Of a DNA stretch of 43,166 nucleotides, positions 29,374 through 38,799 are shown in pieces. The notes below the pieces were generated by a model. The model was not told where the DNA came from. It saw only the letters and a program-made list of their open reading frames with translations, and ran no database searches. Source of the DNA: Kiritimatiellia bacterium. GTDB taxonomy: Bacteria; Verrucomicrobiota; Kiritimatiellia; RFP12; JBMNHG01. The position numbers were made by a program, and so were the translations under genes. The DNA lies in assembly GCA_050950285.1 (NCBI GenBank), contig JBMNHG010000006.1, positions 62,001 through 105,166 on the forward strand, given 5' to 3'. Numbering within the stretch: the first letter of the stretch is position 1; each line of letters starts with the position of its first letter.

Positions 29374-31272
29374 TTATCGTTCCGATCGGCGTTTCCTGTC
29401 ATTCCACGCCCGCTGACTCCGAAGCGGATTTTCTTTGGCGAAGGGCACGGGGGCCGGAAGGTTCGCCACCCGCAGCCAGGTCTCGTAGGCGGTTCCGGCC
29501 ATGCCTGCGCTGGCGAAATCGCACAGATGCACCTTCGATCCATCCGTTGCCGTCGTCTCCAGGAGCAACCAGGGCTGCAACCAGCGCGGGTCCGTGCCGC
29601 GCCGGAGTTTCAAGGCCGCGCCATCCAACACGGGCAACCCGGCGGAATCGGCAGACTGGTGATGCGGATCGTACGCGAGCAGCAGCGGGCCGCGATAGAC
29701 GGAGGCGCGGCGTACGCCCGGCACCGGGACAGACTCCTCCGCATCCGTCTCCCGAACCCAGAAATGGGGGCGGAAATCAAAATCCATGCGCAACGTATCG
29801 CCTTTGCTCCACGGCCGGGTGATCTCGCAATAGCTGCCGGCCTTCACGCCTTCGAGCGGCTTGCCGTTGAGCAGAACGCGCGTTTTCTCCGACCAGCAGG
29901 GGATTCGGAGCGCCAGCGTGAACGGCTGGTTGGATCGCGGCGCCACCGCGATGTCGACGCGCCCCTCGCGCGGATAGTTGGTCGTCTGCGTCAGCACGGC
30001 GTGGGAGGTTTTGATTGTCCCAGGGCCGTAGTAGTTCAGCACGAGGCCATCGGAGCGCCGCATGACCGCCCACTCGCAAAGAAGTCCGATGGCGCGGGGG
30101 CCGTTGACCGAACAACAGTTCAATTCCGGCGTTCCGGCCCTCGACTGGAAGACGATGGCGTGTGCGCTGGCCTGACGCTCCCCGGCCATTGGCGTGTTGT
30201 ACGTCACCCAGCGTCCGGAGGGGGACATCATGCCAAGGCCCGAATTGAACATGGACAATTCCAGTTCGTCGGCGACGATGGAAGAGCCCGCAAGGCGCAG
30301 CATTTCCACGCTCATCGCCATCCAAGCCACCGTGCAGCAGGTCTCGATGGCCCCTTCGTCATAGGGGTTGCCGGTTGCCTTCTCGCCCGAGCTGAAGCCG
30401 CCCGTGTTGTGGCGGTCGCCCCTGAGCATGCTCCACCACAGATGCATGAAGGCCCTGCGGTAGTCGTCCTTCCCGGTGGCCAGGTACAGTTCGTTCAGGC
30501 CCATGATCGGATGCAGGCTTTCCCAGCGCGGCTTGGGCGTCTCCCAGAACTCCTTGCCCGCCAGCGCCGCGTTCAGGTAGTCGCCGGCGGGCGGGATCGC
30601 GAACTCCGCCACGATCTGTTCGGCCATGCGCAGGTAGCGGTGTTCGCCAGTCAGGCGGTAGAGCCATGCCAGCGCATGAACCGGAGCCTGGTTCATCTCG
30701 TGCTCGCCGGTATCATGCAGGCGTTCCTTCGGGTTGTCGAGGAAGCGCCTGCAGAAGAGATCGCCGATGCGCCGCGCACAGTCCAGGGCCTCCGTGTCGC
30801 CCGTGCCTTGGTACCAGAGCAGAAGCCCCATCAGGACATGGTAATGCCCCCACGCATCCCACGGTTCGACCTGTGGGTTGAACCGCTGGCAATTCGGCGC
30901 CCCCTTGCGCAGGCGGAAGTCCTTCGGCCATGGCCCAAGATAGCCGTCGTCGGCCTGCAGGGACACGAGCTCCGCGACAAACCGGCGGATGTGCTTGCCC
31001 AGCCCGGCGTCGCGGGTGAGCCGCCAAACCTGCACCGCATGCGTGAGATACTTGCCGGCGAACTCGCCGGCCCACGGAACCATGTCGTGCGACGGTTTCC
31101 GGTCGCGCTGCCGGAACATCTCCAGCATTCCGGGGTTGGCGTAGGGCGCGGGCAGAATCCATTGCCGCGTCACCGCATCAAGCCGCCGCCCCATCTCGCC
31201 ACCAAGGGAGAACCGGGCTTCCAGACAGGTGTCGAGCATCGGCTTGGCGGCATCTTCCGGCTTCTTCCGCAT
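29374..31272 (-). CDS. GH127-like glycoside hydrolase (beta-L-arabinofuranosidase family)
   Basis: WAGEFAGKYL, DGYLG, TGGFSSGE, IETCC, LNCCSVNG, TNYPREG, LRIPCWS, YRGPLLLA; SD GAGGA before ATG 31272. Confidence 0.85.
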   Translation of the reverse strand: MRKKPEDAAKPMLDTCLEARFSLGGEMGRRLDAVTRQWILPAPYANPGMLEMFRQRDRKPSHDMVPWAGEFAGKYLTHAVQVWRLTRDAGLGKHIRRFVAELVSLQADDGYLGPWPKDFRLRKGAPNCQRFNPQVEPWDAWGHYHVLMGLLLWYQGTGDTEALDCARRIGDLFCRRFLDNPKERLHDTGEHEMNQAPVHALAWLYRLTGEHRYLRMAEQIVAEFAIPPAGDYLNAALAGKEFWETPKPRWESLHPIMGLNELYLATGKDDYRRAFMHLWWSMLRGDRHNTGGFSSGEKATGNPYDEGAIETCCTVAWMAMSVEMLRLAGSSIVADELELSMFNSGLGMMSPSGRWVTYNTPMAGERQASAHAIVFQSRAGTPELNCCSVNGPRAIGLLCEWAVMRRSDGLVLNYYGPGTIKTSHAVLTQTTNYPREGRVDIAVAPRSNQPFTLALRIPCWSEKTRVLLNGKPLEGVKAGSYCEITRPWSKGDTLRMDFDFRPHFWVRETDAEESVPVPGVRRASVYRGPLLLAYDPHHQSADSAGLPVLDGAALKLRRGTDPRWLQPWLLLETTATDGSKVHLCDFASAGMAGTAYETWLRVANLPAPVPFAKENPLRSQRAWNDRKRRSER

Positions 31273-31455
31273 CGTGTTATTCCTCTTGTTGTCCAATCCT
31301 TGATCGCCAACGCCCCGGGATGGAAGCGACACCCGAACGTGCTTGCGGGAAAGAGAAGGGGGGAAGCCCACGGCGATGGCGATGCGGACGACGAGCGTTT
31401 CCCCATGGTTTTGGTCCAGCCCGAGGCGGACGGCGGCCCAGCCCCGAATTACCTT

Positions 31456-31484
31456 ACGGTAGCATCCTGCCTGCGGCTTGTCGA
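31456..31484 (-). promoter_or_regulatory. Possible promoter for the GH127 gene
   Basis: TCGACA-N17-TACCGT with TG extension; implies a leader of about 180 nt. Confidence 0.3.
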
Positions 31485-31776
31485 GCCTGCGCCCGGTCGT
31501 TGCCCGCACAACCGGCCACGCTGCCCACCCGCAGCGGTGATATCATCGGAGACGCCAGATTCGGCGAGAACCGCAGCGGCGGAGCGCAGGGGCATCAAGA
31601 ATGGCCGAGAGCTTCCTGCCCGGCATCATTCAGGCGAAGGGGATTATCCAGCGAGGCGGCGAGGATACGTTCGCAACACGAACGTGGCGCACCTGCCCCT
31701 GTCGCTACTAACCCGGCCACAAATAGCGCTGCGCACGGCGATTCAGGCATTGGGAGCTGGAATTTGGAGCTGGGAA

Positions 31777-31827
31777 AGGGGCACGGACATTCCTGTCCGT
31801 GTCACGGGTTGGAAAACCCGTTCCCCT
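31777..31827. repeat. REP-like inverted palindrome doublet
   Basis: AGGGG-CACGGACA-TTCC-TGTCCGTG-T-CACGGGTT-GGAA-AACCCGT-TCCCCT: two hairpins with complementary loops (TTCC/GGAA) in inverted orientation and complementary ends. Confidence 0.7.
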
Positions 31828-31979
31828 GTTTTGCAGCATGAATTGTGGCCGAATTAGTAACCGATTACGCCGTCCGGAAGATTTGCGTTTGCTTTCCCCG
31901 TTGGGGGTCCGGTAAGATGGACGCTTCATTTTTCACCTTGCCCGTTGTCTTCCTTTTCTCTCTCGCGAAAAGAATTTCC

Positions 31980-32267
31980 ATGCGTTATCGGACTCATCCC
32001 GACGTGGTCGCGCGTTCCATCGCGGGCGAGAGCATTCTCGTCCCCCTGAATGAGCCCGCGCGCCGTATCTTCACCCTCAGCACCACCGGCCGCGCCCTCT
32101 GGGACCGCCTCGAACAAGACTGGGCGACCCCGGAAGAGCTCGAGGCTCTGCTGGTGGAACGCTTCAAGGGCCCGCCCGGGCAGGTCAAAACAGATGTCGC
32201 CGCCTTCCTCGCCTCGATGAGCGATTTCCGGCTCGTGATCGCAGAGCCCAAGGACTCCCAACCATGA
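31980..32267 (+). CDS. PqqD family protein (RiPP-recognition-element fold)
   Basis: 95 aa; VVARSIAGESILVP...IFTLSTTGRALWDRL...LVERF...VKTDVAAFLASM. Upstream TTGCTT-N18-TAAGAT (31889-31918). Confidence 0.85.
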   Translation: MRYRTHPDVVARSIAGESILVPLNEPARRIFTLSTTGRALWDRLEQDWATPEELEALLVERFKGPPGQVKTDVAAFLASMSDFRLVIAEPKDSQP

Positions 32268-33286
32268 GCGAACCCTTTCCCCTGGGCATGATTCTCGGCG
32301 GCAGCGAAACCGACATCCACGCCGCCCGTTCCCGCTTCCTCCGCCAGCCCGTCGATCAGGAGTGGCCCCCCTCCCCCGACCCCGACCCCGCATGGAACCG
32401 CGTCGCCACGCTCGGGCGCGAGGTTTCCGTGACCGGTCCCGGCACCTACTACGGACGCGCCCAGCGCACCTTGATCTTCACCCCCTCTTCCGAACCCGGC
32501 TGGTGGATCGAGCGGACCGACCTCCCCGAAGCCCTCCCCATCCAGGTCTCCGTGCGCAACGTGTGGACCTCGCAGCGCAACATCGTCCTCCGCAGCGGAT
32601 CCCCCCACAACTACCTGCGCATGGTCGAGCATATCGTGGCCCTCCGCCTCGGCATGGGCATCGACAACCTGATCGTCAAGACCGACTCCGGCGATCCGCC
32701 CCTCTTCGACCGCAGCAGCATGGATCTCGTCGAAGCCTTCGAACGCGCCGGACGCGTCACGACGGAGGCGGACGCCCCCTTCGTCACCGTCACACGGCCG
32801 GTCACCCTCGGCGGAAGCCGCGGCGACTTCCTCACCCTCCTTCCCGCCAAGCCTGGCGACACCACCCTGCACCTGGACGTGGCGATCGACTTCCCGACGA
32901 TCATCGGCCAGCAGCGCATCCGCTTCGACGTCACCCCGGACTCGTTCCGCCACGGTGCCGCCGCCCGCACCAACGCCACCTTCGGCACGATGCTCTTCAC
33001 GAAGACCGTCGGCCAGCTGCTGGCGGAGACGCGCAACCTCGGCTACACGCGCCGGAACATCCTCATCCACAGCAAGCAGAAGTACCTCAACGAACCCGGC
33101 CTCCTCCACAACGGCCAGTCGCTCGAAGCGGCATGGCACCGCGCCACCCTCGACCTGCTGGCCGCCATCGCGCTCGTCGACACGGGCCGCTTTGTCGGAA
33201 CCGCCATCTCCTACCGCGCCGGCCATACGCTCGACGTGCGCATGATGACCCTGCTCTACAAGCACGGCCTGCTGGCATCGCCCTAG
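32264..33286 (+). CDS. Divergent LpxC-like deacetylase (UDP-3-O-acyl-GlcNAc deacetylase fold)
   Basis: ERTDL, MVEHIVAL..GIDNL, DPPLFDRSS, IDFPTIIGQQ, ARTN, HRATLDLL, AGHTLD align in order with LpxC RTDL, TVEH, EPPIMDGS, ARTF, HKxLD and GH motifs. Confidence 0.75.
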   Translation: MSEPFPLGMILGGSETDIHAARSRFLRQPVDQEWPPSPDPDPAWNRVATLGREVSVTGPGTYYGRAQRTLIFTPSSEPGWWIERTDLPEALPIQVSVRNVWTSQRNIVLRSGSPHNYLRMVEHIVALRLGMGIDNLIVKTDSGDPPLFDRSSMDLVEAFERAGRVTTEADAPFVTVTRPVTLGGSRGDFLTLLPAKPGDTTLHLDVAIDFPTIIGQQRIRFDVTPDSFRHGAAARTNATFGTMLFTKTVGQLLAETRNLGYTRRNILIHSKQKYLNEPGLLHNGQSLEAAWHRATLDLLAAIALVDTGRFVGTAISYRAGHTLDVRMMTLLYKHGLLASP

Positions 33287-33292
33287 CAGCCG

Positions 33293-35822
33293 TCAGCCGT
33301 TGCGCCGGAGGCCCCGGCGCGGAGGGGCGGTCGCGGGGTCTTCGGGCCAATCGTGCTTGGGATAGCGTCCGCGCATTTCCTTTCGGACAAGCGCATAGGT
33401 GGTCTTCCAGAAGGTCGCCAGATCACGCGTCACCTGCAGCGGCCGCATCGCGGGCGAGAGCAGTTCCATCACCACCTGCACACGTCCGTCGGCCACGGAG
33501 GGACTCTTTGCGAGGCCGTAGACCTCCTGGATGCGCACGGACATCACGGGAGTCTCGCCGCGGTCGTACCGCACGGCGATGCGGCTTCCGCTCGGCACGG
33601 GCAAATGGGTGGGGGCCATGACGTCGAGCTGCCGCCGCAAAGGCCCGAGCAAGGCCAGGAGCGGCTCGCGCAAATCGACCTTCTGCACCTGCGTCCAGCG
33701 CGTGCATCCCTCGAGGAAGGGGGAAAGCCACGACTCCAGGGTCAGGGCGAGCGCATCGTCGGAGACATCCGGCCAACCGTCCTCCGGACGCACGCCGGCC
33801 AGGAAAAGGATTCGCGCCTGCACGTTCCGGGCCTCGCGCGTCCAGTTGAGGTTTTCGATTCCTTTGGCGCGGATTCCATCGCACAAGGCCGCCGCCACCG
33901 CATCCGGGTCCGGATTCGCGAGAGAAGCCTGGCGAAGCGGTATCGCGCCAAGGCTCGTGCGGCTGACGGCCGCGACGGCATCCTCCTGGCGGCTCCAGGA
34001 AACCGATTCCTCCCGCCGCAGGTTCTCCTTTTGGTCTTCCTCGACGTCCTCCTGCGCAATGGGCGCGGCCAGGCGGATTCGGGCGTCTGGCCCATCGTCG
34101 TGGAGTTCCACGGCGACAATCCACTCCTCGCGGGCGAGAAGGGACTCGGGCTCGATGGTCGCGCCGCGCCCGCAGGCCATCAGGAAGCAGCCGGGGGCGC
34201 CCCGGCGGCGGGCGATGCGGTCCGGGAAGGCCCAGCCCAGCATGCGCCCTTCGTCGATGCGCGCGGAATCGCGGGCGGGAAAGGGACGCGCCCATTGCCT
34301 GGCCAGGCGTCCGGCCCGGCGGATCCATCCGCGCGACGGCGCGGACGATTCGTCGGCGCCGCATTCGTCGTCCGCGGCCGGACGGGCCGGGACATCGCCG
34401 AAGCGGTCGAGGATGCGGTGGACGTCGGTCACGCCACGGAGCGCCGGCTCGGCGGAGGCCTCGCCCAGCGCGGCGGCGAGAAGGCAGGCGCGGCGTGCCG
34501 CGCCGTGGCGTGACGCCCGAAGGATCATCTGCGCGAAGCGGGGATGGACGCCCATGACGGCCATGCGGCGTCCGTCTTCGGTGAGGCGGTCTTCGCTGTC
34601 GAGCGCGCCGAGCGTGCGGAGCAGGTCGACGGCCTGCCGCCAGGCGGCGTCCGGCGGGGGCGTAAGCCAGGGAAGACCGAGACGGGACGGCGCTCCCCAG
34701 AACAGCGCTTGCAGGGCAAGCGGGCGCGAGATCGGCGTCGAGGATCTCGGGGTTCGAGGCGGGCAAAAGCGCGGCGTCCGTACCGGCGTCCCACAGGCGC
34801 AGGCAGAGGCCGGGCGCCTCGCGTCCCGCGCGTCCGCGGCGCTGGTCGGCGCGATCGCGGGTGACGCGCAGCGTCTCGAGGCGCGACATGCCGTTGCGCG
34901 GCGAGAAGCGGGGCACGCGCATCCAGCCGGCATCCACCACGACTCGGATGCCGGGGAGCGTCAGGCTCGACTCGGCGATGGATGGTGGCGAGGATGATCT
35001 TGCGCTGTCCGGCCGCGGGCGGTGCCAGCACGGCGTCCTGCTTCTCCTTCGGCAACGCGCCGTAGAGCGGATGGAGGGTCACGCCGCGCGGCAGCGCCGT
35101 CTCCCGAAGGAGGGCGTGGGCGCGGTGGATTTCGGCTTCGCCGGGGAGGAAGACGAGCACTCCCCCGTCCGAAAGGCCGAAGCGCGCGGCGTGCCGCGTT
35201 GGCGGCCTGTACCGCGCACGGGGAGTCGGAAGGGCGGGTCGAGCAGGCGCGTCTCGACGGGCCAGGCGCGGGCTTCCGCGACGAGGACGGCCGTGTCGGG
35301 GCCCAGATGCTTCGCGAGCGGACCGGCGTCGAGCGTGGCGGACATCACGGCCAGCCGCAGGTCGGGCCGCAACGCGCTCCGCACGTCGAGGCACAGCGCA
35401 AGGCCCATGTCCGCATGAAGACTGCGCTCGTGGAATTCGTCGAAAATCACGAGCCCTACGCCGCCCAGTTCCGGGTCGCGAAGCAGGCGCTGCGTCAGGA
35501 GGCCTTCGGTGAGAATCTCCACGCGGGCGTTGGGGCCGACCTTGCGATCCAGCCGGCACGTGGTAGCCGATGCGCCCGCCTACCTCTTCGCCCAGGATCC
35601 GCGCCATGTGGCGGGCCGCCGCGCGTGCGGCCATGCGGCGCGGCTCCAGCAGGAGGGATGCGTTTCCCGGCAAGCCACGGGGCGTCCATCAGGTACGGCG
35701 CCACGAGGGTGGTCCTTGCCGGTTCCCGGCGGGGCGCACAGCACCACCGGGCGATTGCCCGAAAGGGCGCGGTCCACGTCGGGCAGGACCGGCGAAACCG
35801 GCAGATGGGGAAGAGTGGCCAT
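33293..35822 (-). CDS. hrpB: ATP-dependent RNA helicase HrpB, broken by about 6 indel frameshifts (likely assembly errors)
   Basis: Motifs in successive frames: APPGTGK/TT, LEPRRMAARAAA, TEGLL, DEFHERS, MSATL, VLVFLPGEAEI, LYGAL, QRRGRAGR, HPRFA, FPDRIA, LLSPAMRPLQVTRDL...RGRYPKHDWP. Confidence 0.88.
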
Positions 35823-35841
35823 GGATGCAGGCTCCCCTCCC

Positions 35842-36297
35842 CTACTTCGCGGTTGTCCCGGCCGATCCGGCGCGCAGGAACGGGAGGGGATCGATCGGGA
35901 CGCCGTCGCGCTCCATCTCGAAATGCAGGTGCTCGCCCGTGGCGCACCCCGTGCGCCCCATCCAGCCGAGGAGTTGCCCGCGACGGACGCTCTCGCCCGT
36001 CTTCACGCGAAGGCTCCCCTCTTCGAGGTGGCAATACCGCGTGACCAGGCCGTCGCCGTGGTCGACAACCACATGCGCGCCGCGGGCCGGATCGGATCCG
36101 GCGAAGGCGACGACACCGGATCGGAAGGCGCAAATGCCGGTCTCGACCAGCATGCGTCCATCCCACAGCGCCGCATCGACGCCCCGGTGGAAGGAGCCTT
36201 CTTCTCCGGTTACCGGATGCGTGCGGCACCCGAAGGGGTGAGGTCACCAGGAAGTCGCCCTTCTCGAGGAAAAGATGCGAGCGGAAGCGTTCGCCAT
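35842..36297 (-). CDS. M23 family metallopeptidase (5' part frameshifted, start uncertain)
   Basis: VTSPFGCRTHPVTG...FHRGVD (restored across a C-run near 36237), VVVDHGDGLVTRYCHL, GRTGCATGEHLHFE. Confidence 0.8.
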
Positions 36298-36299
36298 CG

Positions 36300-37512
36300 C
36301 GGGACGGGCGCAGTGGACGAGACGGAAAGCTCCGCTATCCGCGCCCGGAATCGCGAGTTCCCCGGAGGCGGCGCCCATCCGCACCCAGCGCGGCGCGCCG
36401 CTTGCGTCGTTCCGAAGCGATCCGCCACGCGAACGAGGCGTGGGAAACGTGGCGGGCGAGAAGAATCGGCGCGGAGGGAGCGGCGTCTTTCGCGGGTGTC
36501 GCGGACGATGTCCCGCATGCGGACGCCCGCCATGTTGGACTCGAAAAGGAAGAGGGCCGTGACGTGCGGAAAGGTCGCATGGACGCGGATGCCGTCGAAC
36601 TCGATGCGGTCGAGACGGCCCCACCCCATGCGGGAAATCGGCGTCCTGGAAGAGCGGGCGTGCGGCAGTAGCGGCGCGGCGTCCGCGTTGACGGCGAAGC
36701 AGCGGACGCCCACGTTGACGTTTCGGAAGCGGATGTTCCGGATGGTGGATCGCACGCTCAGGAGGCGGATGCCCGTGTGGCAATCTTCGGCGTAGAGGTC
36801 GCTGAAGACGATGTTCTCGATGGGGCCGCACGACAGGTCTCGGTTCTCGACGCGCTCGAGCGAGTCGTCCGCGTTCAGCGCGACGAGGTCGTCGTTGGTC
36901 TGCCCCTTCGAGATGGCGCGGACATCGTGCACGCGGCCGTTCCGGCAACACCCGCCGAAGTGGAGTCCGTCCTGGTTGGGGGACGGGACGGTCGCCGTGG
37001 AAGCGGATGTGGCGGAAGTCGAAGCCGTCGATGTGGCCCAGCCGGATGTTGTAGGCCGCGGAATTCGCGACCGTGATGTTCTCCAGCCGCAATCCTCGCA
37101 CGCGCTGGAAGTTCAGCGCCGTGCCCGACCAACCGTCCGGAAGGAAGAGGTCGGAGGATTTCCTGTTGCAAGGCCCGGCATTGTTGCCATCCCAGATGCC
37201 GCCGCGAAGGGTGATTCCCTCGTTTCCGGAAGCAGGGTCTGCGTTCGTGAGCAGAAAGTCGCCACGGCGTTTGGGCGTATCGCCATCCGAGAAGATCCGT
37301 GCGCAACCGGAGGCCTCGATCGTCTTGCGGGACGGCAACACGCAACGTCGCGGTCACCCGATAGTCGCCGGGGGGGATGCGCACCACGGGGATTGCCGAG
37401 GAAAGGGCCTGTTGCAGGGCGACGGTGTCATCCGCCATGCCGTCGCCGACCGCTGCCGAAGGTCGCGGACGGAGCAGGTTCGGGGAGGGAGGGTCTCGCG
37501 GCGGGAGGCCAT
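36300..37512 (-). CDS. Pectin-lyase-fold (GH28-like/Pectate_lyase_3) carbohydrate-active enzyme, frameshifted; 3' end uncertain
   Basis: SVRD..AVGDGMADDTVALQQAL...IPPGDYRV, ITLRGGIWDGN, NQDGLH, TNDDLVALNAD, GPIENIVF, IRNIRFRNV across frames. Confidence 0.7.
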
Positions 37513-37520
37513 GGGCGTGC

Positions 37521-38331
37521 CTAGAACAAGGGGAGAAGAAGGGTCGCGGAGCGGCTGCTGGATGCGGCCGTTCGAGGCGAGGAAGGCCATGCGGTGCCCG
37601 CCATGTTCGCGGAGGATTTCGCAGGAGCCGCCGGCGCATTGCACGATGAGCCCGGCGGCGGCGACATCCCAGAGGAAGATGCCCTGCTCGAAGTAGCCGT
37701 CGACCCGGCCCGACGCGACAAAGCAAAGGTCGAGCGCGGCGGAGCCGAGGATGCGCGGACGCTGCACTTCGCGTCCGATCGCGGCGAGAAAACGGAAGGC
37801 CTGGGAAGGGTCTTCGCTCCTGTCCGCACCGGTTGCGACGACCGCCTGCTGGAGGACCCCGGTGTCCGAGACGCGGAGCGGCATGCCGTTGCAGAAGGCC
37901 CGGCCGCCGCGCACGCCCGTAAAGCACAGCTCCAGTTCGGGGGCAAACACCACTCCGGCGACCGTCTCGCCCGCCACCTGCGCGGCCACGGAACAACACC
38001 AGATCGGAAGCCCGTGGAAGAAGTTCACGGTTCCATCGATGGGGTCGACCACCCAGCGCACGCCGGGCGGAGGAACCTCGTTGCCGGATGCCGTTTCCTC
38101 GCCGAGGATCGCATGGTCGGGGAAAACCGAACGGATGGCGCCGGTGGCGATTTGCTCGCACTCGTCGTCGAGCGCATGCTTCACGTCGTGGCGGTCCACG
38201 CGGTTCGCATCCCGCCGTCGATCGGGATTGTTCAACGCATGCCCGCCGGCCAGGAGGGCGGCCTGCCGCGCCACCGCGAGCAGGAGATCCGCGGAGGGGA
38301 TCGGGATGGAGGAGACGCCATCGTTGTTCAT
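37521..38331 (-). CDS. Inositol monophosphatase family protein (SuhB-like); one frameshift near the C-terminus
   Basis: FPDHAILGEE, WVVDPIDGTVNF, GSAALDLC.VASGRVDGYFE, WDVAAAGLIV; natural end ...LLLPLF* at 37521 in an adjacent frame. Confidence 0.9.
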
Positions 38332-38337
38332 TCGGGA

Positions 38338-38367
38338 ACGATAGCACGAAACGCTCCCCGGGAGCAA
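38338..38367 (-). promoter_or_regulatory. Extended -10 promoter, likely leaderless transcript of the IMPase gene
   Basis: TTGCTC-N18-TATCGT with TGn extension and 6 nt to ATG 38331. Confidence 0.5.
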
Positions 38368-38416
38368 ACGCGGCTTCCCGGGGATGTGGCCGCATCCGAT
38401 GGGGAGAAAGCCGGCC

Positions 38417-38704
38417 CTACTCGGCGGCCGCTTCCGGGGCGGCCTTCTTGGCCGTCCTCTTCTTCGCCAGGGAGGTCGCCTTGTCGGCCTTCTTCGTGGT
38501 CGTGTTGATGCCGACCTTCACGATGGCGAGGATGCACCTGACGAGCCGCTTTTCCTCTTCGGTGGTGAACTTCTCGTAGAGCTTGGTCTTGATGTAGTCG
38601 AGCAGTTTGTTGCCGGTGTATACTTCCGTGCTCGTCACCGTGTACACGGTGGCGGGTTTACGGCCCCGGGGCATGGTCGTAGCGGCTTTGCGTCCTTTGG
38701 GCAT
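38417..38704 (-). CDS. Small Lys/Thr-rich basic hypothetical protein (candidate DNA-binding protein)
   Basis: 95 aa, SD AAAGGA, GC3-rich codons; PKGRK and PRGRKP at the N-terminus, KKADKATSLAKKRTAKKAAP tail. Confidence 0.75.
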   Translation of the reverse strand: MPKGRKAATTMPRGRKPATVYTVTSTEVYTGNKLLDYIKTKLYEKFTTEEEKRLVRCILAIVKVGINTTTKKADKATSLAKKRTAKKAAPEAAAE

Positions 38705-38743
38705 GGTGGATTTCCTTTCCATATGACAGAACTCGGTATTCCC

Positions 38744-38772
38744 ATGATGGCATCATTCGCGGCGGATGTAAA
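38744..38772 (-). promoter_or_regulatory. Sigma70-like promoter for the small basic protein
   Basis: TTTACA-N17-CATCAT with TGn extension. Confidence 0.45.
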
Positions 38773-38799
38773 GCCATCGATGCATCCGGAATGCGGAAT

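Noticed and set aside
31644..31700. TTATCCAGCGAGGCGG resembling the start of a SAM-I riboswitch
   Set aside because: Lacks the following GAGGGA-GGCCC, GCAACC and GGTGC core elements; no methionine gene downstream on that strand.
31980..32267. PQQ or lasso-peptide biosynthetic cluster
   Set aside because: No pqqB/C/E, radical SAM, lasso cyclase or B2 peptidase in the window.
33293..37512. True pseudogenes or programmed frameshifting in hrpB and neighbours
   Set aside because: Many scattered indels with intact motifs across unrelated genes fit sequencing error better; no consistent slippery-site architecture.
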